A DNA stretch of 64,000 bases from Hydrurus foetidus. Taxonomy: Eukaryota. The position numbers and the translations under genes were made by a program. Below are positions 19,087-29,683 of the stretch, piece after piece; positions within the stretch are counted from its first letter, which is position 1; each line of letters opens with the position of its first letter. Location of the stretch: NCBI GenBank assembly GCA_900617105.1, contig UYFQ01000001.1:4526001-4590000 (forward strand), read 5' to 3'. Below the pieces are notes generated by a model. The model saw nothing but the letters and a program-made list of their open reading frames with translations, was not told where the DNA came from and searched no databases.

Positions 19087-20346
19087 TTAGCTCCCTCGGG
19101 TTACCGGCATTTCGACTTCACCCGGCAGCAGCAAGTGCCGCGCCAGCTCCAGCTTGGCAATCGATGCGCGGTGTACTTCGTCCGGGCCGTCGGCCAGGCG
19201 CAGCGTGCGTTGGTGGGCGTAGGCGTAGGCCAGCGGGAAGTCGTCAGACACGCCGCCGCCGCCGTGGGCCTGGATGGCCCAGTCGATGATCTGGCAGGCC
19301 ATGTTGGGCGCGACGACCTTGATCATGGCGATTTCTGCTTTAGCGACTTTGTTGCCGACCGTGTCCATCATGTAGGCGGCTTTGAGCGTTAGCAGGCGCG
19401 CTTGCTCAATCATGCAGCGTGACTCGGCAATGCGCTCTTGCCACACTGATTGACGCGAAATGGGTTTGCCAAAAGCGACACGGCTGTTCAGGCGTTTGCA
19501 CATCAATTCAAGCGCGCGCTCGGCGCAGCCGATGGTGCGCATGCAGTGGTGAATGCGTCCGGGGCCAAGGCGGCCTTGGGCGATTTCAAAGCCGCGGCCT
19601 TCGCCCAGCAGCATGTTGTCTACCGGCACGCGGACATTGGTCAAGCGCACTTCCATGTGGCCGTGCGGTGCGTCGTCGTAGCCGAAAACGGTGAGCGGGC
19701 GAATCACGGTGATGCCGGGTGTGTTGGCTGGCACCAGAATCATCGATTGCTGCTCGTGGCGGCCAGCGTCGGGGTTGGTCTTGCCCATCACGATGTAGAC
19801 GGCGCAGCGTGGGTCGCCCGCGCCGGATGACCACCACTTCAGGCCGTTCAGCACGTAGTGGTCGCCATCTCGCTCGATTCGGCAGGCGATGTTGGTGGCG
19901 TCTGATGAAGCGACTTCGGGCTCGGTCATCAAAAACGCTGAGCGGATTTCGCCGCGCAGCAGTGGGTCTAGCCATTGGTCTTTGTTAGCTTCTGAGCCAT
20001 AGCGGGCGATGGTTTCCATGTTGCCAGTGTCGGGCGCAGAGCAGTTGAAGACTTCAGCCGCAAAAGGCACACGGCCCATGATCTCGCACAGCGGTGCGTA
20101 TTCGAGGTTGCTCAGGCCTTCAGGAGCGCGTGGTGAATGCGGCAGGAACAAATTCCACAATCCAGCGGCGCGTGCTTTGGGTTTGAGTTCTTCAATGATG
20201 GCCGTCGGTATCCAGGCGTTGCCTTTGGCGCGGTTGTCAGCAATTTCTTTGAAAAAGCGAGCCTCATTCGGGTAAATGTGCTCGTCCATGAATGCGAGCA
20301 AACGGGCCTGCATTTGTTGTACTTTGGGGGTGAAATTAAAGTCCAT
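19087..20346 (-). CDS. acyl-CoA dehydrogenase, ACAD10/11-like
   Basis: [48 protein letters not shown]. Confidence 0.92.
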   Translation of the reverse strand: MDFNFTPKVQQMQARLLAFMDEHIYPNEARFFKEIADNRAKGNAWIPTAIIEELKPKARAAGLWNLFLPHSPRAPEGLSNLEYAPLCEIMGRVPFAAEVFNCSAPDTGNMETIARYGSEANKDQWLDPLLRGEIRSAFLMTEPEVASSDATNIACRIERDGDHYVLNGLKWWSSGAGDPRCAVYIVMGKTNPDAGRHEQQSMILVPANTPGITVIRPLTVFGYDDAPHGHMEVRLTNVRVPVDNMLLGEGRGFEIAQGRLGPGRIHHCMRTIGCAERALELMCKRLNSRVAFGKPISRQSVWQERIAESRCMIEQARLLTLKAAYMMDTVGNKVAKAEIAMIKVVAPNMACQIIDWAIQAHGGGGVSDDFPLAYAYAHQRTLRLADGPDEVHRASIAKLELARHLLLPGEVEMPVTRGS

Positions 20347-20380
20347 TTTTGTCTCCGGTGAATTCGTGAAAATCTAAAAA

Positions 20381-21472
20381 TCAGGCACCGCTTTTAACGG
20401 CAAAGCCCCAAGCCATCTTGGCCAGCACGGGCGCACCTGCTGCTGAGCTAACCGCCTGCGCGCTCGACGCCGTACCCGCCTCAACCCGTTTGGCGATGCC
20501 CTGCAAAATCGCCGCCAGCCTGAACAGGTTGTAGGCCAGGTAAAAGTTCCAGTCGGCTTTGAGTTGGCTTGGCGTGGTGATACCGGTGCGTTCGCAATAC
20601 TTGGCGATGTATTCAGCTTCACTGGGTATGCCCAGCGCAGCAATGTCCAGCCCGCCGATGCCGCGAAACGCCCCCGGCGGAATGTGCCAGGCCATGCAGT
20701 GGTAGCTGAAGTCAGCCAGCGGGTGGCCGAGCGTTGACAGCTCCCAGTCCAGCACCGCCAGCACGCGTGGCTCGGTCGGGTGAAACATCAGGTTGTCAAG
20801 CCGAAAGTCACCATGCACGATGCTGGTCATGGTTTCATCACGCGCGGTGGCCGGTATGTTGACGGGCAACCAGGCCATCAGCTTGTCCATCTCGGGGATG
20901 GGCGCGGTGATGGATGCCGTGTACTGCTTGCTCCAGCGGCCAATTTGGCGCTCAAAGTAGTTGCCAGGCTTGCCGTAGTCAGACAAGCCGCGTTCGGCAA
21001 ATTTAACCTTGTGCAGAGCGCTAATGACGCGGTTCATCTCGTCATAAATTTCGCTGCGCTGGGGGTTCGTCATGCCCGGCAGGGCCTGGTCCCACAAAAC
21101 GCGGCCTTCGACAAATTCCATCACGTAAAACATACGGCCAATGACGGACTCGTCTTCACACAGGCAATGCATTTTTGCGACCGGCACATCGGTGCCTTGC
21201 AAGCCGCTCATGACCTTGAATTCACGCTCTACCGCATGCGCCGATGGCAGCAGTTTGGCAATTGGGCCTGGCTTGGCCCGCATTACATACGACTCGCTGG
21301 GTGTGACGAGTTTGTAGGTGGGGTTGGACTGGCCGCCTTTGAAGATTTCAACGTTGATGGGGCCGTTAAAGCCGGGCATGTGCTGGTCGAGATATGCCGT
21401 TAGTGCGGCCACGTCAAATGCGTGCTGCGCCGTGACTTTTCGCGTGCCAACAAAATGGTCGAAGTTACTCAT
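20381..21472 (-). CDS. APH-family phosphotransferase (ACAD10/11 kinase-domain-like)
   Basis: GGQSNPTY, HGDFRLDN, LDWELSTLGHP. Confidence 0.92.
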   Translation of the reverse strand: MSNFDHFVGTRKVTAQHAFDVAALTAYLDQHMPGFNGPINVEIFKGGQSNPTYKLVTPSESYVMRAKPGPIAKLLPSAHAVEREFKVMSGLQGTDVPVAKMHCLCEDESVIGRMFYVMEFVEGRVLWDQALPGMTNPQRSEIYDEMNRVISALHKVKFAERGLSDYGKPGNYFERQIGRWSKQYTASITAPIPEMDKLMAWLPVNIPATARDETMTSIVHGDFRLDNLMFHPTEPRVLAVLDWELSTLGHPLADFSYHCMAWHIPPGAFRGIGGLDIAALGIPSEAEYIAKYCERTGITTPSQLKADWNFYLAYNLFRLAAILQGIAKRVEAGTASSAQAVSSAAGAPVLAKMAWGFAVKSGA

Positions 21473-21481
21473 CGATTTTTT

Positions 21482-22210
21482 TCAAGATTTCTCAGGATCC
21501 GTGTCCGAAATACGCATCAAGGCTTCGCGGCTGCGCACTACCAAGCCGCCCGGCTCGATGCGAATGCTGTCTTCGCGCTCCATGGCTTTGAGCTCCTGGT
21601 TCACGCGCTGGCGTGATGCGCCCAGCAGCTGTGCAAGCTCTTCCTGCGCCAAGTGCAGGCCAATACGCACTTCGTTGCTGTCGGACAGGCTCGGCACCCC
21701 GTAACTGCGGACCAAATGCAACAACTGTTTGGCCAGGCGCGCGCGTAGGGGCAAAGTGTTGAGGTCTTCTACCAAGCCGAACAGCTGCCGGATGCGCCGC
21801 GCGTGCAACCTCAGCATGGCCTCGTACAGCTCCGTATGCATGGCCAGAATTTTCCGAAAATCGGCCTTGGCGACACATAAAATGGTACTGTCGCCATGCG
21901 CATAGGCGTCGTGCGTGCGCCGGTCGCCGTCGAAAATGGCGACATCTCCAAACCATATGCCCGGCTCTACGTAGGTCAGCGTGATCTGCTTGCCGGAAAG
22001 CGATGTGGAGCTGACGCGCACCGCGCCTTTGGCACAGGCTATCCACTCCTCGGGTGGATCGCCCCGGGCGGCAATCAGGTCGCCGTCTCGAAACCGTTTG
22101 ACGTAAGCGCATCTAAGTATGTCGTGCCTAAGCGACGGGGACAGGCTTGAAAACCAGCGGCCAGCGTTAATCGCCTCGCGCTCTTCGATGTTAAGGATGG
22201 GGTCGTCCAT
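21482..22210 (-). CDS. Crp/Fnr family transcriptional regulator
   Basis: cNMP-binding domain (WFGD..FDG..RTHDA) plus HTH QEELAQLLGASRQRVNQ; start at ATG 22210. Confidence 0.9.
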   Translation of the reverse strand: MDDPILNIEEREAINAGRWFSSLSPSLRHDILRCAYVKRFRDGDLIAARGDPPEEWIACAKGAVRVSSTSLSGKQITLTYVEPGIWFGDVAIFDGDRRTHDAYAHGDSTILCVAKADFRKILAMHTELYEAMLRLHARRIRQLFGLVEDLNTLPLRARLAKQLLHLVRSYGVPSLSDSNEVRIGLHLAQEELAQLLGASRQRVNQELKAMEREDSIRIEPGGLVVRSREALMRISDTDPEKS

Positions 22211-22213
22211 GGC

Positions 22214-22293
22214 TTGTCTTTTGAGTGACTTCAAGAGCTCTGATTGTCGCTTGAGTGACGATGCAAATAGACACCGATTGTCGCTTGCGTGTC
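22214..22293. promoter_or_regulatory. three direct repeats, putative operator array
   Basis: TTGTCTTTTGAGTGAC (22214), TTGTCGCTTGAGTGAC (22244), TTGTCGCTTGCGTGTC (22278). Confidence 0.5.
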
Positions 22294-22310
22294 CGCAAGT
22301 TCATCGCACA

Positions 22311-23090
22311 TTAGCGGTAATTGGGTGTGCGCTTGGTTAGAAAAGCGTCAATCCCTTCGCCCGCATTGGCATGGCGAAGATTGGCCACGAAGTGATCGCG
22401 TTCGTAGTCAAAGTGCTGGCTTAATGAATGTGTTTGCGCGTCGTTAACCAGCTCTTTGACGCTGGCCAGTGCATTGGGTGCCCGCGCGTTGAGCCGCTCC
22501 GCAAGCTTAAGTGCCTCACTAAGAGCGCTACCGCTGCTGCACACGGTGTTGACCAAGCCAAACGAGTAGAGGCGCTGGGCATTGATGCGCGCGCCGCACA
22601 TCATCAATTCATTGGCTAGCTGGCGGGGCAGGGTGCGGGCCAGCACCCAACTGCCGCCGCCGTCGGGCGACAAGCCCACCGTACTGTAGGCCATGACGAA
22701 CACAGCGTTTTCAGCCGCCACGCAAAAATCGCAGGCCAGCGCTATTGAAAAGCCAGCGCCTGCCGCTGCGCCTTCAACTGCCGCAATAACGGGTTTGGGG
22801 TAGGTGCGGATGGACTCAATCCAGGTGTGCAGACCATCAATACTCTGCGCCTGAACCTCTTTAGGCAGGGCACGGTTAGCGAGCAAACGCTGCAAATTGC
22901 CGCCCGCGCAAAACGTGTTGCCCTCGCCGGTGATGATCACGCTGCGGATGTTGGGGTTGGTTTCAGCAGCATTCAGCGCTTCGGTGCCTGCGGCATACAT
23001 CTCAGGACTGAGTGCGTTTTTAAACTCGGGGTTGCTAATGGTCAAGATGAGCGTTTGGCCTTGCCGGGTGCTTTTAAGTAGCGCGGTCAT
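22311..23090 (-). CDS. enoyl-CoA hydratase family protein (possible oxepin-CoA hydrolase type)
   Basis: FCAGGNL, KPVIAAVEGAAAGAG, GLSPDGG. Confidence 0.85.
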   Translation of the reverse strand: MTALLKSTRQGQTLILTISNPEFKNALSPEMYAAGTEALNAAETNPNIRSVIITGEGNTFCAGGNLQRLLANRALPKEVQAQSIDGLHTWIESIRTYPKPVIAAVEGAAAGAGFSIALACDFCVAAENAVFVMAYSTVGLSPDGGGSWVLARTLPRQLANELMMCGARINAQRLYSFGLVNTVCSSGSALSEALKLAERLNARAPNALASVKELVNDAQTHSLSQHFDYERDHFVANLRHANAGEGIDAFLTKRTPNYR

Positions 23091-24611
23091 TTAGCTTTCC
23101 TCGTGCAGCAGGCTCAAGCCAATAGCGCCGCGCCTGCGCAACCAAGGCGAGGGTCGGTAGCGTTGGTCGCCGTAGACGGTTTGCATATTAAAAAGCACCT
23201 CCAGTATGTTGGTGGGGCCGTACAAGTTACCCATTGCCAACGGCCCGTGCGGGTAGCCTAAGCCCAGGGTTACCGCGGTTTCCAGGTCCGCGGGGCTGCA
23301 GATACCTTGCTGGCAAATGTCGCTGGCAATGTTGACGATGGTGCTGACCACGCGTTGGGTGACGAACCCGCCGCTGTCGCGAATCACGCTGACTGCCTTG
23401 CCGTCCCGAGCAAACAGCGCATGCGCGGCGTCACGCATGTCGATTCTGGTGGCGGGGTTGGTGGCCAGCACGCGGCGTTTGGTCGCGGCGTCATCAATCA
23501 ACATATCGATGCCCACCGTTCTGGCGGGGTCAAGTCGTTCAACGACCGCTACGGTTGTAATGTCAAAACCCAATGGCGCTACCAGCATCAAGGCTTGTGG
23601 CGATGCGGAAACGCCGGTTTCAATTTTTGCACCCAGCTTTTTAAGCAGTTCAAGCAATTCCGACCGGCGGGCTGCTCTGGGAGACACCCAAACTGCCGGC
23701 ATTTCTTCGACCATCGGCGCAACGGCTTCTAGGCTGGTTTGCATCACACCTGCTTCGTATTTGTAAAACCCTTCGCCGGTTTTGCGGCCCAGCAGGCCAC
23801 CGGCCAGGCGCTGGGCAGTAATCACGCTGGGGCGGTACCTGGCTTCTTCAAAGTACTGGTGGTAGACCGACTCCATGACAGGGTGCGAGACATCAAGTGC
23901 AGTCAAATCCATCAATTCAAATGGGCCAAGCTTAAAGCCTGCCTGGTCTCGCAAAATGCGGTCGATCGTGGCAAAGTCGGCTATGCCTTCGCTAACGATG
24001 CGTAGCGCCTCGGTGCCGTAACCCCGGCCCGCGTGGTTGACGATAAAGCCGGGCGTGTCTTGCGCCAGCACAGGGGTGTGGCCCATTTGGCGGGCGTAGT
24101 CACTCAGCTGCTGGCAAACGGCCGGGCTTGTTTTTAGCCCAGCTATTACTTCAACCACTTTCATCAGCGGCACCGGGTTAAAAAAGTGATAACCGGCAAA
24201 ACGCTCTGGGCGAGTTAAACGCGCCCCAATGGCGGTAATAGAAAGCGACGACGTGTTAGACACGATCACTGCCTGCCGGGACACGACCTGTTCAATTTGT
24301 GCAAGCAGCTCTTGCTTGATGCTCAAATTTTCAACAATCGCTTCAATCACCAAATCGCAAGCCGCCAAGTCGGACAGCGCGTTTACAGGATGTAAAAGTT
24401 GTGCAAGTTGACTGGCTTTTGCGGCGTCTAAGCGTCCCTTGGCAACGAGTTTTTCCCACTGGGCGATGAGTTGGGTTTTGGCTTTTTCAGCTAGATGTGG
24501 GGTACCATCAAACAAATTGATGCGGCTTTGAGCTTGAGCTGCAACTTGAGCAATCCCCTGACCCATTGCACCGCAGCCGACAATACCAACAGTTTTATAC
24601 GCATGTTCCAT
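23091..24611 (-). CDS. 3-hydroxyacyl-CoA dehydrogenase (PaaH-like)
   Basis: GCGAMGQG, SNTSSLS, HFFNPVPLM, PGFIVN; duplicated C-terminal domain. Confidence 0.9.
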   Translation of the reverse strand: MEHAYKTVGIVGCGAMGQGIAQVAAQAQSRINLFDGTPHLAEKAKTQLIAQWEKLVAKGRLDAAKASQLAQLLHPVNALSDLAACDLVIEAIVENLSIKQELLAQIEQVVSRQAVIVSNTSSLSITAIGARLTRPERFAGYHFFNPVPLMKVVEVIAGLKTSPAVCQQLSDYARQMGHTPVLAQDTPGFIVNHAGRGYGTEALRIVSEGIADFATIDRILRDQAGFKLGPFELMDLTALDVSHPVMESVYHQYFEEARYRPSVITAQRLAGGLLGRKTGEGFYKYEAGVMQTSLEAVAPMVEEMPAVWVSPRAARRSELLELLKKLGAKIETGVSASPQALMLVAPLGFDITTVAVVERLDPARTVGIDMLIDDAATKRRVLATNPATRIDMRDAAHALFARDGKAVSVIRDSGGFVTQRVVSTIVNIASDICQQGICSPADLETAVTLGLGYPHGPLAMGNLYGPTNILEVLFNMQTVYGDQRYRPSPWLRRRGAIGLSLLHEES

Positions 24612-24696
24612 TGAAAAGTATTATTACGCAGTGAGGTCAGTCTGAATTTTGTCTCAAGTCTTGGATTTTTAACTTTGTACACTTGCCGATCCGAGC

Positions 24697-27036
24697 GTGA
24701 AACATCATCTTGCCACCAAGCCACCGTTAGTCCGGGATCTTTACCTGTTCGCGCTGGTAGTGTGGTCATTGTCAGCTGACGCTAGCCACGCGTTGCAGCT
24801 CGGCAAGCACCGCGGTGCGGCGGTGATGGGGCAGCCCCTGAACATTTCCGTACAAGCTACCGTAGATGGTTCAGACGACCTTGCCGCAGGTTGCGTTGAG
24901 GCAGACGTGTTTTACGCGGACAGCCGGGTGCAAAAATCTAGCGTTCGGGTGAGCACTGAAAAATCATCTGCTGGCGGACCAGACGCTTTGATCCGCATTC
25001 AAAGCACCCTGCCTATCGATGAACCCGTGGTTACCGTGTACTTGCGTGCAGGGTGCCAGCGAAAAGTTGAAAAACGCTATGTAGTGCTGGCAGACCTGCT
25101 GTCTGAGCCCGCTGCTAATGCGCCGTCGGTGGCGCCAGTGGCGCCGCCGCAAGGACGGTCTGCAGCCTCAAGTGCGTCCAGCGGGCCAAATGCGGTAGCA
25201 ACATCGCCCACAGCCGCGCAGGCGCGCGAGGCGGGGCGCATCGAACGCGAAACGCGGCGTGCCGAGCGCAAAGCATTAGCGGCTGACGCCCCACTTGTTC
25301 GCAAACCGAAAACACAAAACCCTTCACCGGCTGCAACGGATGCACCACCCGCAGCGCCCTCTGGTGGCTTGGCAGATAGCAAAAAATCGCCTGCGCACAC
25401 CGCAAAAACGAAAGCGCCAGAGACGCAAAAATCAAGGCTCAAGCTGGAGCCGCTGGAACTGCTTGCTGAGCGTGATCCTAATTTGAAGGCGTCAGCTGAA
25501 TTGCGATCTGCCCCCGCGACTGACCCCGCGCAGCGGGCCGCGGCTGCTGCACTGTGGCGCGCTATCGCGGCACAGCCTGAAGACATTTTGAACGATTCAC
25601 AAAAGCTGAAATCCCTGGAATCAGTGGTGTCGGTGCTCCAGCTTCAGATGAAGCAAAACCAGCAGGGCATACAGGATTTGAGCGAGGACGTCAAAAAAGC
25701 GCAGTCTGAACGATTTTCCAACCCACTCGTCTATGGCCTGGCCTTGGTGGTTTTTGCGGCTGCGATGGGATTGGCGTGGCTTTTCCGCAAGCGCGCGTTT
25801 TCAGCCAGCCATGACAACGCAGTGCAGCCGTGGTGGCGCAAAAGCGGCGGGCAACGAGTCGGCTGGGCAGACAGCGCTCAAGGGGTCAAGCCGGGAGCGT
25901 CTGGACATCCGTATCGGTCGGACTCCAGCTACCCGCCTGATGGGGCAGGCCAGAAAGCGGCGCCAGCAAGTTTTCTTGATCTGGATCTGACCGATGATTT
26001 TGGCCATCAAGGTCCGGCCGCTGAGCGTGCTGGAGCCTCAGGTAGGCAGGACTCGCTAGATTTTAAAGCCGCTGCCGGCATGCACCGCGGCCGGGCGGCG
26101 AGCGATTCCAAACCCAATTCAAGAGGCGGCTTTGCGCTGAGCGCGCCGTTTACTGCCCGGGCAGTAAAAGCAGAAGAGCTTTTTGACGTTCAGCAGCAGG
26201 CTGATTTTTTTGTGTCGCTCGGCCAAAAAGACCAAGCCATTGAGGTGCTTCGGCTGCACATTGAAGAGTCTGAACAAACCAGCGCGCTGGTCTACCTTGA
26301 CCTGCTAAGCCTGTACCACCAAACCAAGGAAGAATTAGAGTTTGAAGCGTTCCGGCTGGAGTTCAATGCCAGATTTAACGCGGAAATGCCAGCGTTTGAC
26401 GCCTACAACGAGGTCACTGACAGCGCCGGTTTGCAGGGCTACCCGACTGCGATGTCTCGTATTGTTACGCTTTGGCCCCTACCTAAAGTAGTCACGGTGA
26501 TTGAGGAGTCATTGTTCCGGCAGGCCGACGTGCAAACCCCCACCTTTGATCTGGAGGCGTACCGCGAACTTTTATTGTTGTACGCGATGATCAAGGACAT
26601 CCTGCACTCGCAAGCATCGGGCAAGAGCGAAACCGATGTTCTGGTTGCGCCGCTGTCAGCGGCGAATGGTCCAATTGGTTTCGGCGCAGATCACGATTTT
26701 CAGGCCGACCGCGGGATGGAAAATACGCAGACCTTTGCAGGAACAGCAGTTGTTCCATTAACCGCGACACCGGGCACTTACATTAGTGATGTGGAAATTG
26801 ATTTCGACTTGACCAGCGATGGCAACAACGGATTCAAATCTGTCAGAGTTGAGCCCGCAGGCGCTTCGCTGCCAGCCGACAAAAGCGGAACAATAGACAT
26901 GCTGCAAACCAACACAACCCGAGCCGCGGCTAGCTCAACTGGTGCGGCAGGTTCGGCGGCTGACAGGAATGCCATTGACTTTGATCTCGAACAGTTCAGT
27001 CAGGGCATTAAGCCAACATTGAAAAAGACACGTTGA
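24697..27036 (+). CDS. FimV-like polar landmark/pilus assembly protein
   Basis: Signal peptide plus LQLG…GQPL N-domain, coiled coil, TM helix and EELFDVQQQADFFVSLG TPR-like C-domain. Confidence 0.7.
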   Translation: MKHHLATKPPLVRDLYLFALVVWSLSADASHALQLGKHRGAAVMGQPLNISVQATVDGSDDLAAGCVEADVFYADSRVQKSSVRVSTEKSSAGGPDALIRIQSTLPIDEPVVTVYLRAGCQRKVEKRYVVLADLLSEPAANAPSVAPVAPPQGRSAASSASSGPNAVATSPTAAQAREAGRIERETRRAERKALAADAPLVRKPKTQNPSPAATDAPPAAPSGGLADSKKSPAHTAKTKAPETQKSRLKLEPLELLAERDPNLKASAELRSAPATDPAQRAAAAALWRAIAAQPEDILNDSQKLKSLESVVSVLQLQMKQNQQGIQDLSEDVKKAQSERFSNPLVYGLALVVFAAAMGLAWLFRKRAFSASHDNAVQPWWRKSGGQRVGWADSAQGVKPGASGHPYRSDSSYPPDGAGQKAAPASFLDLDLTDDFGHQGPAAERAGASGRQDSLDFKAAAGMHRGRAASDSKPNSRGGFALSAPFTARAVKAEELFDVQQQADFFVSLGQKDQAIEVLRLHIEESEQTSALVYLDLLSLYHQTKEELEFEAFRLEFNARFNAEMPAFDAYNEVTDSAGLQGYPTAMSRIVTLWPLPKVVTVIEESLFRQADVQTPTFDLEAYRELLLLYAMIKDILHSQASGKSETDVLVAPLSAANGPIGFGADHDFQADRGMENTQTFAGTAVVPLTATPGTYISDVEIDFDLTSDGNNGFKSVRVEPAGASLPADKSGTIDMLQTNTTRAAASSTGAAGSAADRNAIDFDLEQFSQGIKPTLKKTR

Positions 27037-27103
27037 CCTGAAGTCGGCGATTGGCAGAGTCACATGCCTTGGGCGGTGCCGGGGCACCTCGGCCCGGGCT
27101 AAA

Positions 27104-28111
27104 TTAGCGCCTGACCTGCAGCGCCCCAGGATTAATGATGTTGGTTGGCGTGCCTTGAATGAAGTTAACCACGTTGTCAAACGCGGCTCCAAAATAAAGC
27201 TCGTAACTGTCTTGCTCCACGTAGCCAATATGCGGCGTGCAGATACAGTTTTCCAGCCGCAGCAGCGCGTGCCCTTGCAAGATTGGTTCAGACTCGAAAA
27301 CGTCTACGGCGGCCAGGCCGGGTCGCCCCCGATTCAAGGCGGCAATGAGCGCGTCAACTTCAATTAATTCAGCCCGCGAGGTGTTCACCAGAAGGGCGGT
27401 AGGTTTCATGCGGGAAAGGTCTTCTGACGTAACCAGCCCGCGCGTTTCTTCGTTCAGGCGCAGTTGCAGCGTGAGCACATCGCTTTCCTCAAAAAGCGCT
27501 GCCTTGCTGGGCGCGATCTCAAAACCGTCGGCCCGGGCGCGCTCAATGGATGCCTCCCTGCCCCAAACCAATACCCGCATGCCAAAGGCTCGCCCGTAAC
27601 CCGCCAAAATTTGGCCTATCTTCCCGTAGCTCCAAATGCCTAGGGTTTTGCCTTTAAGCACAGTGCCAATACCAAAATTAACCGGCATGGCAGCCGATTT
27701 CAGGCCCGCCTGCTGCCAGGCGCCATGTTTAAGGTGCGCCACGTAATGAGGAATTCGCCGGGTCGCAGCCATGATTAAAGCCCAGGCAAGCTCTGCCGGG
27801 GCGGTAGGAGAGCCCACGCCTTCTGACACGACCACGCCGCGTTCCGTGCAGGCGCCTACGTCGACGTGCGCACCGACTTTTCCGGTTTGCGAAATCATCT
27901 TCAGCTTTGGCAGCTTTTCAATCAGCTGGCGGCTTAATTGGGTGCGTTCCCGAATTAAAACAATGACATCAGCGTCTTTTAACCGCACCGAAAGTTGGCC
28001 AATACCTTTAACGGTGTTGGTATAAACCTTGGCCGGATAAGCATCTAGTTTTGCAGCGCAACTCAGCTTGCGAACGGCATCTTGATAGTCGTCCAAAATC
28101 ACAATATTCAT
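27104..28111 (-). CDS. D-2-hydroxyacid dehydrogenase family protein
   Basis: ILDDYQ, NTSRAELI, DVFESEP, CTPHIGYV. Confidence 0.9.
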   Translation of the reverse strand: MNIVILDDYQDAVRKLSCAAKLDAYPAKVYTNTVKGIGQLSVRLKDADVIVLIRERTQLSRQLIEKLPKLKMISQTGKVGAHVDVGACTERGVVVSEGVGSPTAPAELAWALIMAATRRIPHYVAHLKHGAWQQAGLKSAAMPVNFGIGTVLKGKTLGIWSYGKIGQILAGYGRAFGMRVLVWGREASIERARADGFEIAPSKAALFEESDVLTLQLRLNEETRGLVTSEDLSRMKPTALLVNTSRAELIEVDALIAALNRGRPGLAAVDVFESEPILQGHALLRLENCICTPHIGYVEQDSYELYFGAAFDNVVNFIQGTPTNIINPGALQVRR

Positions 28112-28254
28112 AGCGATATTGTGCCTTTAAGTTCGCCTCCTAAATTGCATACCAAAGCAAATGCCAACGCCTCGCCAGCTGGCCGGGTAACTGCCTCACT
28201 GCAAGTTGCCCTGCAAGCACTTGAGTAGCGACTTTCAAGCAGCACGGCACGGCT

Positions 28255-28668
28255 TTAGTGCGCGGTAGCGCTTTGGGTAGCCATGCGGTCAAGCGCGGCG
28301 CAAACGTCGACCATGCGACCAGAAATGATCAATCGGCCGGTTGATGACCGACATTTACCGGGTTCAAACTCCCTCAGAATTTTCAAGCCGCTAGGCCTGC
28401 CAGCGTTGGCTCCAGGCGCAAGCTGCTTTGGCGGCGCTTTTTTATTGAACCAAACTGCGGCTTCGGCTCGAATTGACGGTGCTGGTAGCTCCGACCTAGC
28501 AACCACCGTTGGGATGGCTGGGGACGATTCAATGGCTACTTTGTTTGAAATAGCGTGGACGCGCACTGGTGGCGCCACAAAAAATGCAAACACGGCTTGT
28601 ACTGGCGACATCCACTCCATTGCAGTTGATGCACGCCCAGATGGCGACGAAAAAGTAGTGGCTCCCAT
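28255..28668 (-). CDS. hypothetical protein downstream of lexA
   Basis: ATG 28668 preceded by a CAGGAG RBS; C-terminal GRLIISGRMVDVCAALDRM. Confidence 0.65.
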   Translation of the reverse strand: MGATTFSSPSGRASTAMEWMSPVQAVFAFFVAPPVRVHAISNKVAIESSPAIPTVVARSELPAPSIRAEAAVWFNKKAPPKQLAPGANAGRPSGLKILREFEPGKCRSSTGRLIISGRMVDVCAALDRMATQSATAH

Positions 28669-28824
28669 GACTGACTCCTGAAGAAAGGGGTTCACCCCGT
28701 TGGCTACAGGCGAGATTTCAAAAGTGGCAAAAAGCCACCATTGACCGCAGCAACAGGGTGTTGACTTGACCGCAGATGCAGCCTTGCCAAACGCCCGCCA
28801 CCTGTTGTGCGGCAAACATCCAAA

Positions 28825-29553
28825 TTACATCAACACGGTGTTTCTGATCAAGCCGACCGCCAGGCCTTCAATTTCAAACGGGTCGCCGGGGTTGACCACA
28901 ATCGTTTTGAAATCTGCGTTCTCGGGCATCAGCTCAACCAGGTTTTGTGTGCGTTTGTAGCGCTTGACTGTGACTTCGTCGCCCAAGCGTGCGACCACGA
29001 TTTGCCCGTTTTTAGCGTCTTTGGCTTGCTTTACAGCCAGCAAGTCGCCGTCAATGATGCCGATGTCACGCATGCTCATGCCGCGTACTTTCAGCAGGTA
29101 GTCGGGCTGCTTTTCAAACATGCCCGCACCAAAACTGTAAGTTTGTTCAATATGCTCTGCAGCAAGAATGGGTGAGCCAGCAGCAACTCGTCCTACCAAT
29201 GGCAGGACGAGTTGGGCCAGGCTTTGCAACGGCAGGGAAAACTGATGAAGTCGGGACTCGTTCAAAGTGCGTATAGCGCCGGCCCGCAAGCGAATGCCAC
29301 GTGAGGTTCCGCTGACCAGCTCAATCACGCCTTTTCGGGCCAGCGCTTGCAAATGTTCTTCAGCGGCGTTGGCCGACTTGAAGCCTAGCTCAGTGGCGAT
29401 TTCGACACGGGTAGGCGGTGCGCCAGTGGTGGTGATGGCGCGCTGAATCAGCTCGAAAATCTGCTGCTGGCGTGCAGTCAGTTTGGGGCCATCGGCGGCT
29501 ATATTTGACGACATGTTGGATGACAAGTTGGAAAAGTGATTCAAGGTGCTCAT
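28825..29553 (-). CDS. lexA: SOS repressor LexA
   Basis: LTARQ..PPTR.EIA HTH, GRVAAG cleavage site, GMSM and VTVK catalytic residues; exact start uncertain. Confidence 0.96.
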   Translation of the reverse strand: MSTLNHFSNLSSNMSSNIAADGPKLTARQQQIFELIQRAITTTGAPPTRVEIATELGFKSANAAEEHLQALARKGVIELVSGTSRGIRLRAGAIRTLNESRLHQFSLPLQSLAQLVLPLVGRVAAGSPILAAEHIEQTYSFGAGMFEKQPDYLLKVRGMSMRDIGIIDGDLLAVKQAKDAKNGQIVVARLGDEVTVKRYKRTQNLVELMPENADFKTIVVNPGDPFEIEGLAVGLIRNTVLM

Positions 29554-29608
29554 GGTTGCTGTCCTTGCGTTGCGATCGGTTTAAAAAATTGAGAAATTCT
29601 TAAGTAGG

Positions 29609-29643
29609 CTGTTTGAATATCCAGTAACTGTATTTTTAGCCAG
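29609..29643. promoter_or_regulatory. two tandem SOS (LexA) boxes
   Basis: CTGT-N8-CCAG at 29609-29624 and 29628-29643, upstream of lexA. Confidence 0.8.
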
Positions 29644-29683
29644 CTTTTATGCAATTGCAAGTTATTTTTGAAGTATTTGTTTG

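Noticed and set aside
24285..24325. GCAAGCAGCT match inside the 3-hydroxyacyl-CoA dehydrogenase gene
   Set aside because: It lacks GCCC-N9-GGGC and the TAGC at +24; a chance match.
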